A model generated the notes under the pieces. The model saw only the letters and a list, made by a program, of their open reading frames with translations. It made no database searches and was not told the DNA's origin. A DNA stretch of 64,000 bases, taken from NCBI GenBank assembly GCA_010015805.1, contig ML978126.1, forward strand, positions 124,001-188,000, in the 5' to 3' direction. The translations under genes were made by a program, and so were the position numbers. This document shows positions 11,186 to 24,718 of the stretch, piece after piece (positions within the stretch are counted from its first letter, which is position 1; each line of letters starts with the position of its first letter). The DNA is from Rhizodiscina lignyota (Eukaryota).

Positions 11186-12158
11186 TTTCGAAGACGGAAT
11201 CGTGCAAAAATATAAAAATATAGTGACTTAGAAAGCCGAAATGTACGGAGTGATAGGCGTAAAGCAGAGGAGCTCGTTGCTTAAGGAATACTGGAAGGTA
11301 TCCAACGGAGAACTTTATACCTATTATTTGCTGGGCCGTCAATTCATCAGACGTACTTCTTCGTTCAATAATGGTACGGGGTATTTGCTTGCGAAAACAT
11401 CCCGTGCCGTAGGCGAACCGCATGCACAATGGAGTCGCTGAGATCAACGAAGGTGTGGATAGCCGGACAGTCCAATGGACTCAGTCTTATCGTTAACCAT
11501 GACGTGAACCAAAGGACTGTGCCTCTCTTCTTTCGATTTTCGCCCTCGTTCTATGTGCCACGCTCGAAGACTTCTTTCATTGAGAGCAGGTCGTCGGCGT
11601 GTTCTCCTCCAATGCATCTCACCCCGAGGTGCTTCGCCTCAAGAGCTCGCGCCGTAGCTGGATCACCGTGAAAATCTGAAGCATCGTAAAGGCACAGTCG
11701 TTTATGAAAGACAATTACGGAGATCCCAGTATGAACAGAAGCTGGGGCGATATGTGATGGTCTGCTAACCACCGACGAGGACGCAACAAACGCCATTGGT
11801 AAGCGTGCCTGCTGCCACACCCTTAAATGTCACTGCTGAAATACAAACGTACGAACTCAGTCGCTCCGGAAGGGGTCTTAATATAAGTTTGAGCGAATTC
11901 AGACGAGAATGTATGTCGAAGAGAAGTGCGAAGAATTCTTTCGGCTGCCGTCTTTCCGTCGCGGCCTTCTTTCCCCGCTAGCATCGTGGAACCAACAAAT
12001 GAAATGCTAATCAATTGTGGTTCGAGTATATCAAATTACGTTTAGTTAAATTAGTTGATTATTTCTCTTTCTTTCATCTTCCCAATATTCTGCAGTTCAG
12101 AAATACCAGCTCTCTTTTCAAATTAAAATCCAATATTTGAGATTGTGAATTCTTCAAC

Positions 12159-13055
12159 ATGGAGCGCGACGGACACCCATATCAAAGCATTACGTACAAA
12201 ACCGTAGGATCGCTGCCCATCAAGCTCGATCTCTATCTCCCCTCGGCCTCATCTTCTTCCTCCAAAACGCCTATCCTCGTCTGGTATCATGGAGGCGGCC
12301 TGCTTAACGGCAGTCGTGCTGCTGTCAAACCTCACACTTACTCGCCTTTGGAGCATGGCTACGCCCTGGTGTCCCCTGACTACAGGCTCGCGCCGCAAGT
12401 GCCAGCACGTGAAATCCTGACAGATGTTCTGGACTGTCTGTCCTTCGTTCGCGATAAGCTGCAAGAGCACGTTCCGGCATCTTCGGGAATCACGTTCGAC
12501 AAAAGTCGGATCTGCGTATCGGGCTCGTCCGCGGGCGGATATATCTCGCTGCTGGCCGGTCTGTACAGCGACGTCCCTAAAGTCTTGCTGCCAATATATC
12601 CGATGACGGACTGCTGGGGCACTTTCTTCACCAATCCACAGATGCAGGGTGTGAAAGAGGGGCACATCGACAAGAGCGTCGTCGCGCCGTTTTTGGACAA
12701 GAACGCGGAGGTTATGGCTGATAACGACCCATCTTCACCACGTCAGCTGATCTACTCGTACATGCTGCAAGAAGCTATTCTGCCGGAGCTGTGGGATGTC
12801 GAAAAGGGCGATGAGAAGATGACTATCAGGCTTGCGATTATGAAGAAAGGCTCAATGCCCCCTTCTTACATTGTGCATGGGGACGCAGACACGAGGGTCG
12901 GCGTAGAGCAAGCGGACGAAGTCGTGCAAGCGCTGAAGGACATCGGTGCAGAAGTTGTGTACGAGCGACTACCAGGTCTGGACCACTCATTTGATATTGA
13001 ACCCAAGTACACTATGGATGAGATGTACGCATTCATGTATAAGCACATGCAGTAA
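12159..13055 (+). CDS. Alpha/beta hydrolase (HSL-like esterase/lipase)
   Basis: HGGG oxyanion motif, DYRLAP, nucleophile GSSAG, HGDAD acid and DHSFD histidine. Single 298-aa ORF. Confidence 0.92.
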   Translation: MERDGHPYQSITYKTVGSLPIKLDLYLPSASSSSSKTPILVWYHGGGLLNGSRAAVKPHTYSPLEHGYALVSPDYRLAPQVPAREILTDVLDCLSFVRDKLQEHVPASSGITFDKSRICVSGSSAGGYISLLAGLYSDVPKVLLPIYPMTDCWGTFFTNPQMQGVKEGHIDKSVVAPFLDKNAEVMADNDPSSPRQLIYSYMLQEAILPELWDVEKGDEKMTIRLAIMKKGSMPPSYIVHGDADTRVGVEQADEVVQALKDIGAEVVYERLPGLDHSFDIEPKYTMDEMYAFMYKHMQ

Positions 13056-13133
13056 ATTGGAGTTGAATCTATAATCTATTTATTTCCCCAAACAGTTGAT
13101 GACACATACAATTCCGAGAAAAATCCTATTAAA

Positions 13134-16100
13134 CTAAGCGACCCTCCTAAATCCCCATTGCTCCATCCAAAGCGCCATCCACTCAGGTGTAACGGGCCCC
13201 AGTTTTTGCATCGTATGACTCTGCTGCAGCACCTTCTCGATCTTTAAGACTGGCAGAATCTTTGCTGCACCGTTGGCGTGCCCTTTACTATCGACAGTCA
13301 GTGTCTTGTAGAATTCGAGTAATTTGATGCCAGGGTTCTTGTCCACGTCGGCGCCTTTCGCACCCTCGCCGCTCTCCTGCAGCAACCGAACCCATTCAGC
13401 GAGTGACACAACCTTCACTTTCGGATCAAGGTAAGGTATCACACCGGGTAGGATAGTCCTCCAGCTGACACATGTCGGATTTGATAGATGGATCACGTCC
13501 GTGATGGAGGCGCTCTTCGAGCCCAGGAGAATTTCAGTGATCGACGGGGCCAGAATGTCAATCGGAATCCAGTCAATTCCATCCTGCAAGCCGAGCTCAT
13601 CAGGGATCGCGCCGATGTGTTCGGAAGAGGCGATTATACTGGGCAGCCACTCGCGGATGTTCCAGACCCCATGCGAAACCGACGTACCAGCAAGCACAGG
13701 ACCAGCAATCTGGCCAAGCCGAAGGATGGTGGATTGGATGCCAGAACGTTCCCCAGCGAGAGTCAGGAGCCGCTCTGCGATATGTTTAGAGGCTCCGTAA
13801 GCGTTCAACTGCGATACATCGATGTTGCTTGATATCGTTTCAGGTACCAATGCAGGTGAAGGATGGTCCATAACCGCGGAGATGGATGAGATGAAGAAGA
13901 TCCTTGGGGAATGGTGACCTCGGGAAGCAAAGTCAATGAGGTGCTTCACACCGTGGATATGCGGGATGAAAGACTGCAGTGGTTGATTAAAATCTACAAG
14001 CCAAGCATTATGCAGGATATGTGTCGTCTCGTGTAGAAGGGTTGTGTATTGATCGAATGAGAACCCGAGGAGAGGGTGAGAGACGTCGTAGGGGAGGTAG
14101 ACGACTTGGTCATCGGACTGGCCGGCATTGCGGCGGACCAGGCAATATATCTTGTCGAAGGATTTTCGCAGGGAAGACAGAAGATATGATCCTAAATTTC
14201 CCGTCGAACCTGTGAGGATGGCGACTTTCCGTGGAGACAGTGGAAGGCTTGAGGATAAGCTGCTGAGAAGTTCAGATGCGATTTCGTCGGTGTTGACCTT
14301 TCGATCATTGACCCCCGAACGTACGGCTTCCGTCAGCTCCGCAATCGTGGGGTTATTGTATATTGTCGTTGAGGTGACGTTAGATCCGAGCACTGTGTTG
14401 CTGAACAACTGGGCCAAACGAATCACATGTAGTGAATCAACCCCAGCCATGAATATATTCTGATCATCCTCAAGGCCAGATATGTCTGTCACTTGGTGGA
14501 TAATCTGACGAATGGTGCTCGCTGTGACGTCTTCCGCACGAGTCACAGGAACTGAAGCGTCCCCATTCATACCGTTCACTCCGTTAGCATGTCGATTGGT
14601 CAAGATCGAGCCCTGTTTGCGGTAGACCTCGTCCAAGTCTTTCTCATATGCTTCGAAAGTTTTGCGGCGCATGAGGCTTCCTTTGGGGGTTTTTATGATT
14701 GGCCTCCCATGTTTCGTGACAAGAATAAACCCCTTCTGGATTCTGCCATGTGCTGGTAGTAACTCGTTGGCTTTGGCCACCGCGGGCCATAAATCGTCGG
14801 CATATTTGCTGTCATCGAAATTGGGGTCGTTTGCCAGTTTCTCGTTAGGGTCAACGAGGAGCACAGCTTGATCACGATCTTGACCAAATACGGCACACAC
14901 TGTGACCTCCGGGAGAGAGTCGATAACTTCCTCCAGTGCCAACGGGTTGAACTTTTCTCCATTCACAAGAGCAATCACGTCATCCTTTCGGCCCGCATAC
15001 ATCCACAAGTATGATTTTTGAGGATCTGGATGTCGACGAAACAGGTCTTTCGTCCTGTATTCCTGCAGCCTAGGAAAATTATCGAAAACGGCCTGGCGCT
15101 CCTTCTGAATCCTGTCATCCCTGATGTAGACCAGTTCGTACAAATCAGTGCCAGGATCCTGCTGCAACTCGACGCCAAAGCCATCTATGAACCAGATGTA
15201 CTGCCAGTCATCGCCATATATCCTATGGCAAGGTGCAAAGCTTGTTTCCGTGGAAGCCATGAAGTTTGATATGTTCGGACCGAGCGCTTGGATGTTATTT
15301 CCTGCGTCCAGTGGCATATGCGCCCCAGAAGTGGCGATGTTCTGTAATTGCCTCAAAGCCGGGTAATATGCGACATCCTTTTGGAGCTCGACAAGGATTG
15401 CAGGTGGCGCAACAGCGGCCTTGGTCCCGGTCAATGAGATAATACGCGCGCAAAGATCTGCATTCACAATTTGGTCCGGTGGAGGAAATATCAACGTCTG
15501 CACAAGGTAAATGGGCTTGAGAGTAGCCCAGAGGAGGGCGGCGGCATGAAATAGTGGAAATGCGCAGAGCCATATGGGAGGAGAAGCATACGAGGTACTG
15601 ACACTAACGGGGAGTCCATCCTTCGGCTTATAATCCAGGTAGCCCCACATTCCCGATGACATGCAGCCATGTGTGAATCCAATCGGCTTTGGCAAGCTGG
15701 TCGTCCCTGAGGAGTGTAGGATAACTAATGGCTTCCGACGAATGTCTTCGAAATCCTTTGTGAATGGAATGTGCTCTGGTGCTGGACCGTCGAGCATGGC
15801 TTCGAGTTCTGGGATAAGGATTTCTTCGAGCGGCCTCGATTTGAGGATGGCATCGACACCGTAGAGTCTCTTCGCTGGCGTTGCAAAGACTGAGCATCCG
15901 ACTTTGTCGATAAGATGGATCTGAGCCTCCAAGCTATTTCGTGGTGATAGGTAGAGCATCTAAATGGATATTAGAACGAACAAATCAATAAGAGTACAAG
16001 GAACAATTAACTAACCACACAATTTACTTTGACTGCCGCAAACATGAGAATAACATATCGAAGGTCATTGGGCCCAATGTACGCAATCTTCCGAGTCTCC

Positions 16101-16318
16101 TGTTTTGCTGCAGCGGGCCCAACTGCTGCACGAAGGTGTCCGGCAGCCCGGTCAACTGCATCCGCAAATTGCTTGGCCGTCACATCTCGTCTACTCGCCT
16201 TGAGGTGTTGAGAGAGGAATATTGTGTAAAGGACGGTCTCCGGTCGGTGGATAGCGTGCTGGTCTACGAGGGCAGCAGAATTCCTTTTGTCGACACCGTC
16301 ATACATTTCGAGGGCCAT
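13134..16318 (-). CDS. NRPS-like A-T-R enzyme (carboxylic acid reductase type), about 1042 aa
   Basis: Adenylation motifs HSSGTTSLPK, STET, YRTKDL, GRKDD, TPKG. Carrier motif GVDSL. Reductase TGSTGNLG and YGASK. Intron 16015-15960 links ORF 16007-16318. Confidence 0.92.
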
Positions 16319-18750
16319 AACAAGGATTCGGGACTGTGTTACACAGGAAGGAGAAGATCGTTGAAAAGATGAGCAAAGTCAGCAAATATAAGTGAGACGA
16401 GAACTCGTTCTTTTAAGCTGATTCCATATACTCGAACCGGAGCCATTCTCCAAAATGAGACACATGCAGCGCCTGGCTGGAGGCAACTAACTGCGAGGAG
16501 AAAGTTTGGCTATGACGACGGCAAACCCGGAAGATCAGTCTCTACTCCGTAAAGTCAGTTAGCAAGTTTTGGAATCTCACACCATTCAATGGTTCAATCT
16601 TACCATCGTCCATCCTATTACGTGCCCTTGAAGCGATGGAGACAACCACATGATCCAAATATTCTCTGACCGAGTAAAATGGTTCTGAATTGAAAGATGC
16701 TTACTTCGATCGGAAACACGAGGATGACAATGGTTGATTAATATGGCTCCACCCGTGAAACCTACCATGAAGGAGATTGGCTGAGTCGACGACAATTTGA
16801 TTATATGGGTTTAGTGAGTTGCTTCGAAAGACGTCTGCAGCCTTTCCAAGCCCTTAGAAGCCCATGCTGCCTCGAGCCGAGTATGCTTACGTTGTGTTGA
16901 GCATGATAAGAGAGGTCGAGGAATGCGGGTTTCAAAGAACGAAGTGTAGGCGGCCGCTCAAGACCGCTCAACGATATAAGGTACCAAGCCGAGCTTGGTG
17001 AATAATAGCAGGCGTGGCGGGCTACGATCTCACACGTTCCGACACTGCCACGCCGAGTGAGCCACCCGAGTGAGCCACCCCATGTGAGACGAGGGCGAGT
17101 AAATCGACCATCGGGCTACCGACGTTTGCCCACATATCGTTTACGAGATTGAACTAGAGATCAAAGAATTAATTGGCCATGTTCATACGAGACGCTCCTG
17201 GCGATGACGGAAGTGAATGTTGTGATTTCGGGAGAGTGGTGGGCTAAGGAAGGCGTTGCGGAATCGAGACAGATGCAGAGCCCTGTCCAGACGCTAGACC
17301 AGTTTCGAGCACTTACAGCATCGACTTCACATTCTTCTTCTCGGACGAGATGCCACGAAACGACGCGTTCCACAGCAAATCTATGAATAACGAAGCTGAA
17401 CATTCAAGTGCTGACGTGCTCAAGATTCAATGGCTACGAAGTGGACTGACCTTTGCCACAGTGCCGTCCTGCTTCCCTTTGACTCTCCGTCGGAATTGTC
17501 CCTGAGATAATCCAAAGACACGGAGAACGACCTGACGTCCAAGACCCACAGCACACCGCATATATCGGCAACGTAGACCTAATTTCAAGGTTCTGTGCGA
17601 ACAGTTCGGCACTACCCTCGACCCTCGACCGCGATTGATATTAACCGGCTTACTTAACGATCGCGATGTGCTTCTCTTTGGCTGCCCTCCTCCATCTCAT
17701 GCAAGACAGTTGACCACGACGTCTCGAGCACAGCACGAGTTGTACGACCACAGCCAACAGGAATCTCGATAGAACGGTGAATACGCCATACATGCAAGCC
17801 TGAACTGCTTGGGGCCGATACGGACGAGCTTTCGCCTCCCCTACTAGTGTCGAACAGTTCAGGATATATTGAGGATAATTATTGCATCCGCGGAGATGAA
17901 CACCGAGGAGTAATTAGAAGAGGCTGAGCTGGGCTCAAGCATCCACAAGGGCACCCGCTTTCTCTGGATAATGTCCACGATGCCGATCCAATATACGCTA
18001 GATGTAAGATACTTCGGAGGAAAGTGATATGGACACTACAAGCGTTGCACTCATTTATTGCAGTGATTAACAGGCTCACTTCCCTCCAGGAGAAATGCAT
18101 GTGTTTGGCTTCTTTCGAGGCTTTGAACGCTGCTTCCCACAGGCGCAAAGCCTGCACTGATCCGCACGATTCTGGATTCCGGTACATACATCCATCATTA
18201 CACCACAGAATGATGTAATCCATAGGCAGCTACTAGCAGCTACTGAAACTCTTCAAATATGCTCCCGCTATCGTTGTGTAAGCTACCAAAATCAATTTGC
18301 TTAATCTCCATCTTCCGGTCTATTTTCGTAGTCCGTGATTTCCAACACAATTTCATGCTTGTTTTATCGTAGAACGCTGGTCAGATCTTCACTTGTGTCA
18401 TTGTAGAAGTAATGAAATTGTTCTCTCATTCCAGTGAAAGCAATACGCGTATCGGAAAGTTTGTAGTGGACACAATTCAACGGTTCGCCTTGCTCAGTCC
18501 ATTTCAACGATATCAACGATAGGTAGCCAATGGGATTTAATCGATTACCTTTCACCATGATGGCGTTCAACCCAATTTTTTCTCTCATTGTACTGCTATA
18601 AATTTATAGTATCTCCGCAGCTCACTCAACATCCTCTAAGAGACTTAATTTCGACCTGCATTCACCGGAATTCGTTACAAGCTCGCAAAATATACTTCTC
18701 TCCGAAACAAAAGCAAGCAGGAAGACAAGTCTTATTTGCAGCCTCCTACC

Positions 18751-20214
18751 ATGTCTATAGCCGCATTTGAAGAGGATGCTTGGTCTGAGTTGGTGGAAAC
18801 CGTCATTCACGAGGCACAGCTAGAAAGAAACAAACCAAAACTTCAGCATGATCCGGAGTTGGAGTTCACCGACAAGTCATACTCCAAGTTCTTGCAATTG
18901 CCGGCTGAGATTCGCTACAGTGTCTACGAGTCATATCTGGGCAGCGACAATCTCCTTACCTGTCCCGATTTCATGGGCTGGAAGCCCCCAGTCCCTGTTA
19001 TCGTCAATCCAAGGGCTATTTTCGAACCCATCCAGGCTCGACTAGGGGATGTTGCTCGATCTCACCAAGATTCGCCTTCCGAGCATGCTTTGAAGCGCAA
19101 ACGGGAATGGCGACTCCCTCTGGTGTGCAAGGCAATCGCATCTGACGTGACAAGGCATCTTCATCCTTCTTTTGATAAGATGGGTATCACTATCGAAGGA
19201 ACGGGGGTCTCCATTGACGGCCGACACTATAGGACGCAGGGTGTCGTATATCCGGAAGTTTTACAGAGACTTCTCTCTCGGTACTTCGAACATGCTAGAG
19301 AGGTGCTAATACATAGCACTATTTTGCCATGCGAAGACTTATGGCACCGCTGGGATGACTATTCTGGTCTCGACGGTATTACTCCTTACAGCAGAGAGTT
19401 GGGTTTTGGGTATTCAGGATATGAACTGAACAGTATATCGTACGCTTTCGAACCGTGGTCCATCAAGAACACATGGCGTGTGATCGCACCTCTTCTCGAC
19501 AGAAACAATGCTCCGCACCTGCGCAAACTCACGATCGTATTTCACACCCACGTCTCGATGCGAGTACAGCAAAGCCTCTTGTCGCAATCGCATCGGGTAC
19601 TCGGCACCACCCCCATATCGGCAGACACCATCACCTGGATCCTAGAGCCACTGACTAGTATCCGCACCGCCGCGTCCATTGTCTTGGAGTCAGTACACAT
19701 GTCAACAGACGGCGGGTGGGGCGAATTGGATCCGGTCAGTGTAGGGATTCATATGCGCACCAAACTTTCACAAGAAGTGCGAGACTCCTTCCCAACGCTC
19801 ACAAAGCAACTCTGCAAATCAACGAAGAGTTTCAGCACTCCGCCTCATTGCCGCGCATTCGATACCTTTGCGTACTTTGAAGCTCTCCTCTGGGAAGCCA
19901 TGACGGTGCCGTCCCTCCTCGACACCGCATTCTGGCTGTACCAAGGACAGTTGCTCCGTGACGAGCACGACGTCTACAGCTACAGGGCGCTCGAGGACAT
20001 TGTGTTGCAAGAGTACGCTGTCGAAATAGATTCTCCTTCGGTCGTCCGAGCGGTGCCGCAGTATATCGTTGCCTTGTTCAAGGCCTTCCGTAGTGCGTGT
20101 AAGGAGAGGGAGGAGTGCAGCGGTACACATACTGAAGGATACTGGCAGAAGCGCCCGATGTATGAATGGCTCAGTACTAAGCATCCCATTGGGCGATATA
20201 ATGTGCATAGCTAG
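18751..20214 (+). CDS. Hypothetical protein with N-terminal F-box-like motif
   Basis: Long single ORF (first ATG 18751) with FLQLPAEIRYSVYESYL. Confidence 0.7.
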   Translation: MSIAAFEEDAWSELVETVIHEAQLERNKPKLQHDPELEFTDKSYSKFLQLPAEIRYSVYESYLGSDNLLTCPDFMGWKPPVPVIVNPRAIFEPIQARLGDVARSHQDSPSEHALKRKREWRLPLVCKAIASDVTRHLHPSFDKMGITIEGTGVSIDGRHYRTQGVVYPEVLQRLLSRYFEHAREVLIHSTILPCEDLWHRWDDYSGLDGITPYSRELGFGYSGYELNSISYAFEPWSIKNTWRVIAPLLDRNNAPHLRKLTIVFHTHVSMRVQQSLLSQSHRVLGTTPISADTITWILEPLTSIRTAASIVLESVHMSTDGGWGELDPVSVGIHMRTKLSQEVRDSFPTLTKQLCKSTKSFSTPPHCRAFDTFAYFEALLWEAMTVPSLLDTAFWLYQGQLLRDEHDVYSYRALEDIVLQEYAVEIDSPSVVRAVPQYIVALFKAFRSACKEREECSGTHTEGYWQKRPMYEWLSTKHPIGRYNVHS

Positions 20215-20439
20215 TATGGGTGCGCAGACTCCAAGGTTGAGAGGATGAAGGCTTGTAGGTCGGTCGCGAGACGGAGGTACAGAGAGAAGTGTCAGCTTAA
20301 AGTGGAGATGCAATCAAACTCATGTGCCTGCATAGCTGTTTCCGAGCATTATAAATGCAACCTCTAAAACAGGTGTAACATTCGTTCAGAAGATTCTCCC
20401 TTACTGTCAATGGCAGACACTGTACCGACGAACACATAT

Positions 20440-21260
20440 CGCCGCAGCGCAAGACACCGCGTGACTCCCGCATTATGGCGAACAAGCTCAGGGACATGAC
20501 GGACCATTAGGATACTTTAATCGAACCTAGGCCTTACTGATATAATCGATGCCACCCTACTTGCATATCGTCTAGGAGAGCATGACTCGTATCTCTCATC
20601 ATCCTCTATCCAGCTTATCCTAACTCTTGTAAGTCATATACTGAGTATTCTCCAATATCCTACTCACATGTACCTTAAGTTTAATAGGAGACGCGCTAAA
20701 TAGAGTGAAGCGCTGTTAAACAGACGATACTAACTTATACTTCCTATCTAACTCATCCTAGCCTCTCTATCATCACCTGCCGTATATCCAATAGCAATAC
20801 CTACGAACAACCTCCTAAAAACTAACCTTATTCCCTTTCACAAAACTAAGCGGGCGGCTCAGGATAGGTATAAGTCTTAGGGTATAGACCCATCCAATAA
20901 GAGGTCTTTCCTACCTAATTCGACTCTTAGTCCGACGTAAAAGGTTAATTTCTTCCTTATTAGAGAAAAGTGGCTTCGACTACCTTCTACGTCCGCGAGC
21001 GATCGTAAGCCGCGGCCAGGCTATTTATAGTATCATCCTCAAATTCCTTAAATAGAATAGGTTCTCGATCAAATATAGCAGTCGGGCTGCTAATAGCACT
21101 AGTAATTTCATACAGGTAGACCAGCTATTATCGGCTAACAGTGCGCAGCTTCTCTCAATCAAGTGGAGGCTCGGACATCTAAGTCAAAAGTGTCTACGAC
21201 TTTGGGAGCTAACTCTGATCGTCCCACAGTTTTAAGCGATGACTCTGATAGTCAAGCTTG
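20440..21260. pseudogene. AT/TpA-rich decayed relic, paralogous to the 37.2-37.6 kb region
   Basis: No ORFs, many TAA/TAG. 21125-21217 matches 37194-37286 at 85/93 nt; 20442-20467 matches 37613-37638 at 24/26. Confidence 0.6.
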
Positions 21261-21546
21261 ATACATTCTCCGCTCAACGAGAAGGAGACTCCCGCGATAT
21301 TTAAACTACGCTCCAACAGTGTCCCCATTTGAGCATTAGTAGCCGTCACTCCAGATCATCTATTTACGTCGCACGCTCTGTTTTATGGAAGCGTAATTTA
21401 TTTAGTGCACTATATGTATAATGTCTAAGCATCAGTCTCTTTACCACTGCTGTGTGCTTGGCCGCTAAGCGACAAATTTCTGTCGGCGAGCTTAGAATCG
21501 TCTTTTCAACCTTTGCCAGCTATCCTTTGCAGAAATCTAACCATTT

Positions 21547-22893
21547 CTACGTGTATGCCCAATCCCTCCGCCTAATCCCATCTTCATGTATTTGCTCTTC
21601 GTTCGACGCACCACCATTCTGCGCAACCCTTCCAGGGTGCTTTCTCCTCCGCCCTCTCCGGGCTAACGACAGGCCAACCGAGTCTTGTCGGCTGTGAACG
21701 CAATTCGCCACCCTGGACATCTCTTCGACAGGCCCACGCAATGTAGCGGTCGATGCCAGCAGGGCAGGACTGGGCTTTGGTCGCCGATATTCCGGCACGG
21801 GCGGCACGCTCATCTTGAGGCCCTGGTGTAGCAGCTCGTACTTGTACACCCTGTTGCCGCTACGGACGCGTGCTTTGAGAGTCAGAGTATGTGAGACTTT
21901 GAGTGCCGGCGTGTTGATTGTGGGATTGATGCCCGGTAGTACGAAAGTCATGCCCATCAGAGCACTGAGGTCGACTGGCTTCTCGGTGGAGAAGGTGGCC
22001 TGCATGTTGGACCGCTTGAACGGCCATTTGAAGGTGTTGTTATACTCTTGGTCTTTTTTGTGCACGGCGCCGTATTTAATCGTGGTAGTTTGTACTACCA
22101 CGAGTTTCACCTGCAACAGTTGGATGTTTGCTGCCCCTGTTGGCCACGAGTCGCCGTCGATGTCCACAAGCTTTAATTTAATGCCGAGAGGCTTGTCCGC
22201 GCACGTGATCGGATCGCGTGCGATCCAGAAGCGTGGTGCAGGCCAGGCTCTGTACCTCTCGCTGAACCAATAGATGGTTGGCTTGACTTTGTTGGCGATG
22301 CTTGCATATATCGGCTCAATCATTCGCTTCGGAGGCAATATCGTGATCGTTTGAGACCTAGCGAGCATACTTGTGCTATGAATTATCGATTGGTGCGTGA
22401 TAAGAGTGCCAGACTTTTCCCTGCCTCGTCTCCTTAGCTTGGCGACCAGTTTGTATTCGATGCCAAAATCACATCGATAACGGTTGCGGCTGACAAAATC
22501 GCCCATTATTGTTGGAGGTAAGAGATGTGGCGCGTTTCCGCTACCAAATCCCTCCATGGCGCTTGATACGCCATTGATGAGAGGAATCGCTGATGACAGT
22601 GCAGGAAATGTAAACCGGAAAGGCCAAGTTCGCGTTCCATCGATGACGTCCGATTCCTTCGCCATGAGGTCCAGCCTTTGGTCGAAAAGAGTATGTCGGC
22701 GTATCGTCTCGCCACCGAGTTCGCCTGGGATTGTGAGTGTTCCCAAAAATAATATCGTAACAGAAGTCACCATCTCTTGACCATGATGATGCGGTGGCCA
22801 GCAGTCTGGGACTCGAACAATGGCACCCTCCACGGCGTCACCGGCGCTGTAAACAGGCCGGTCATCAGGGAGAATGATTCTGAATGCGCACAT
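21547..22893 (-). CDS. Arrestin-N-like domain protein
   Basis: VYSAGDAVEGAI, VTILFLG, WPFRFTFP, LPPT and IEYKLVAKL pattern of fungal arrestin-like proteins. Start taken at ATG 22893. Confidence 0.65.
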   Translation of the reverse strand: MCAFRIILPDDRPVYSAGDAVEGAIVRVPDCWPPHHHGQEMVTSVTILFLGTLTIPGELGGETIRRHTLFDQRLDLMAKESDVIDGTRTWPFRFTFPALSSAIPLINGVSSAMEGFGSGNAPHLLPPTIMGDFVSRNRYRCDFGIEYKLVAKLRRRGREKSGTLITHQSIIHSTSMLARSQTITILPPKRMIEPIYASIANKVKPTIYWFSERYRAWPAPRFWIARDPITCADKPLGIKLKLVDIDGDSWPTGAANIQLLQVKLVVVQTTTIKYGAVHKKDQEYNNTFKWPFKRSNMQATFSTEKPVDLSALMGMTFVLPGINPTINTPALKVSHTLTLKARVRSGNRVYKYELLHQGLKMSVPPVPEYRRPKPSPALLASTATLRGPVEEMSRVANCVHSRQDSVGLSLARRGRRRKHPGRVAQNGGASNEEQIHEDGIRRRDWAYT

Positions 22894-23515
22894 CCTGATA
22901 TATACTGTAATATCTCGTAGCACGGTTCTGTGAGTTCGACAGATCTGCAATAAAGACAGACCGCTTCTGTGTAGAATATTGCGATGGCCCTGGTCCAATT
23001 CTGCTCTTTCTCGACGGTTTCCGATGAGACTGCTACGAGATGTACACTTTGCGATTGAGCGGATACGAAATGTAGACTTTGAAGGAGGAAATGAGAATAT
23101 TTAAAGATTTTACTCAATTACCTTTGAACTGACGCGGAATGGTCAATCGTGCTCTTTCAACGCTTCTTGGCGTTATACGGTTCCACTCTCAACACTTTTC
23201 CTCTCATATCGTCGAAGAGTCTATTTATCGTGTCGAGACTCACTCAAACAGTGCGGATGTTGAATTCCTGTGTCTTCTGCAGCAGCGTGATGATGCCGTC
23301 GCAAGAGATACTGCATAATCAAAGTGGGTGTGAAGTCAGCGAGGTCGGTTTATTGATGCTCCTGAGGGACCGTCCATTTTGCTTATTCGCTGCAGAGTAT
23401 TGGATAGCTTCCAAACAGCTTGATCGAATGCCAAGATCTCTCGGAGGCCATATCAGACCCCACAATAGCAAAACAATGCATTCCCTTTCCAGCAATCTAT
23501 GAGAGCTTGTATGCT

Positions 23516-24273
23516 TCATATCAATACCACTGCGCCGCCAATGGCAGCCATAGCCATGAGTTCCGGCACCCAGGTTTGTCTCGTCGCAGCGGCTGTTGAT
23601 GATGAGCTACCACCGCCATTTCCAGACTCGCTGCCCGTCGCAGTGGAAGTAGAAGCTTGGTTTGCTGCTGTCGTTGCAGCGGTCTTAGATGGACTGGTGC
23701 TAGATGGATTGCTCGTAGCAGAGAGGCTCGTGCTAGACATGCCGCTCTCTGATGAACTGATAGTAGTCGTGGAACTACCATCACCTCCTCCTCCGCTCAA
23801 TTTCTCTACGCCGCCGGTCACACGCACTGGATAGTACGTGATATCACTCCCACTAAGCACCGTCCTGGTCGTTCCGGGGTTCGTCGCCGCCTCGCCGCCA
23901 AATGACTCTGAGCAACTGGCCGACGTAGTGCCTTGGACATCACATCTCCAAGTTGCGGTTAAGGTGGCCGCTGTCACATTCATCGCAAAGAAGTTGCGGC
24001 CTTGCGTGACCCATTCATTGTCGGTATCACAGTCGTTTTCATCGGTATCTGTTTTAAAGTGAGTGGAATTTAGTTTCATTCTAGAAGGTAAGAGAAATTA
24101 CTAGCTTCGCAGTTGACGAGATACACAGTAGATGTTGCGTCGGCGTGTATCACAGATGCGACAAGTGTGCCTGCATCTTCGTCAAGTAGAAGGAGAGAGA
24201 CAGTCGTAGTGGCCTGTGCATGGATGAAAGATGGAAATAGGGCGGCAAAACCGAGCAACAGAGACTTCTTCAT
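23516..24273 (-). CDS. Secreted Ser/Thr-rich, probably GPI-anchored cell-wall protein
   Basis: Signal MKKSLLLGFAALFPSFIHA, Cys domain (ASVIHADATSTVYLVNC...PVRVTGGVEKL), Ser/Thr tract, hydrophobic C-terminus. One intron. Confidence 0.85.
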
Positions 24274-24718
24274 TTCATGCTGTGAGCAGGTTTTCCAGCA
24301 TGAACATAGGAGACGAAAGAAAGTAGAAGTCACTCAAAGATGGGCAATTTGAGGGGTCACTACTGATATGGGCGCTCAGGTGGGAATGTCACCGGAAATA
24401 CGGGGAGGTGACTCGGCATGCAGAGGTGCATGAGCGTCGGAGTATTTGCATTTCTCAAAAGGCCATGAAACGTCTTTTACGCAAAGATGCCTGTCCTCAT
24501 GTGAGGGGATCTGCTCTGTGGGTTCTGCCGGAAGCAAAAGTAGGATGGGGTCGATATCCCTTGCCTAAATATCACTACTCCTCTGCCCCGTAGGCGCGCG
24601 TTTACCGCGGCCAAAGTAATATAGCTCTCTCCCGAAGAGCTTCCTTGGTGTCCCGAACAACCTCAAACCTCAAGATCCACCCCAGTTCATCCAATTGGCC
24701 TCTTAGTCCTCCGCAAAG

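Noticed and set aside
17053..17078. 13-bp tandem duplication CCGAGTGAGCCAC x2
   Set aside because: Short two-copy duplication with no context; probably replication slippage.
17879..18588. Short minus-strand ORFs (74 and 114 aa) that might be one decayed gene
   Set aside because: Joining them needs several stops and frameshifts and no motif is recognisable.
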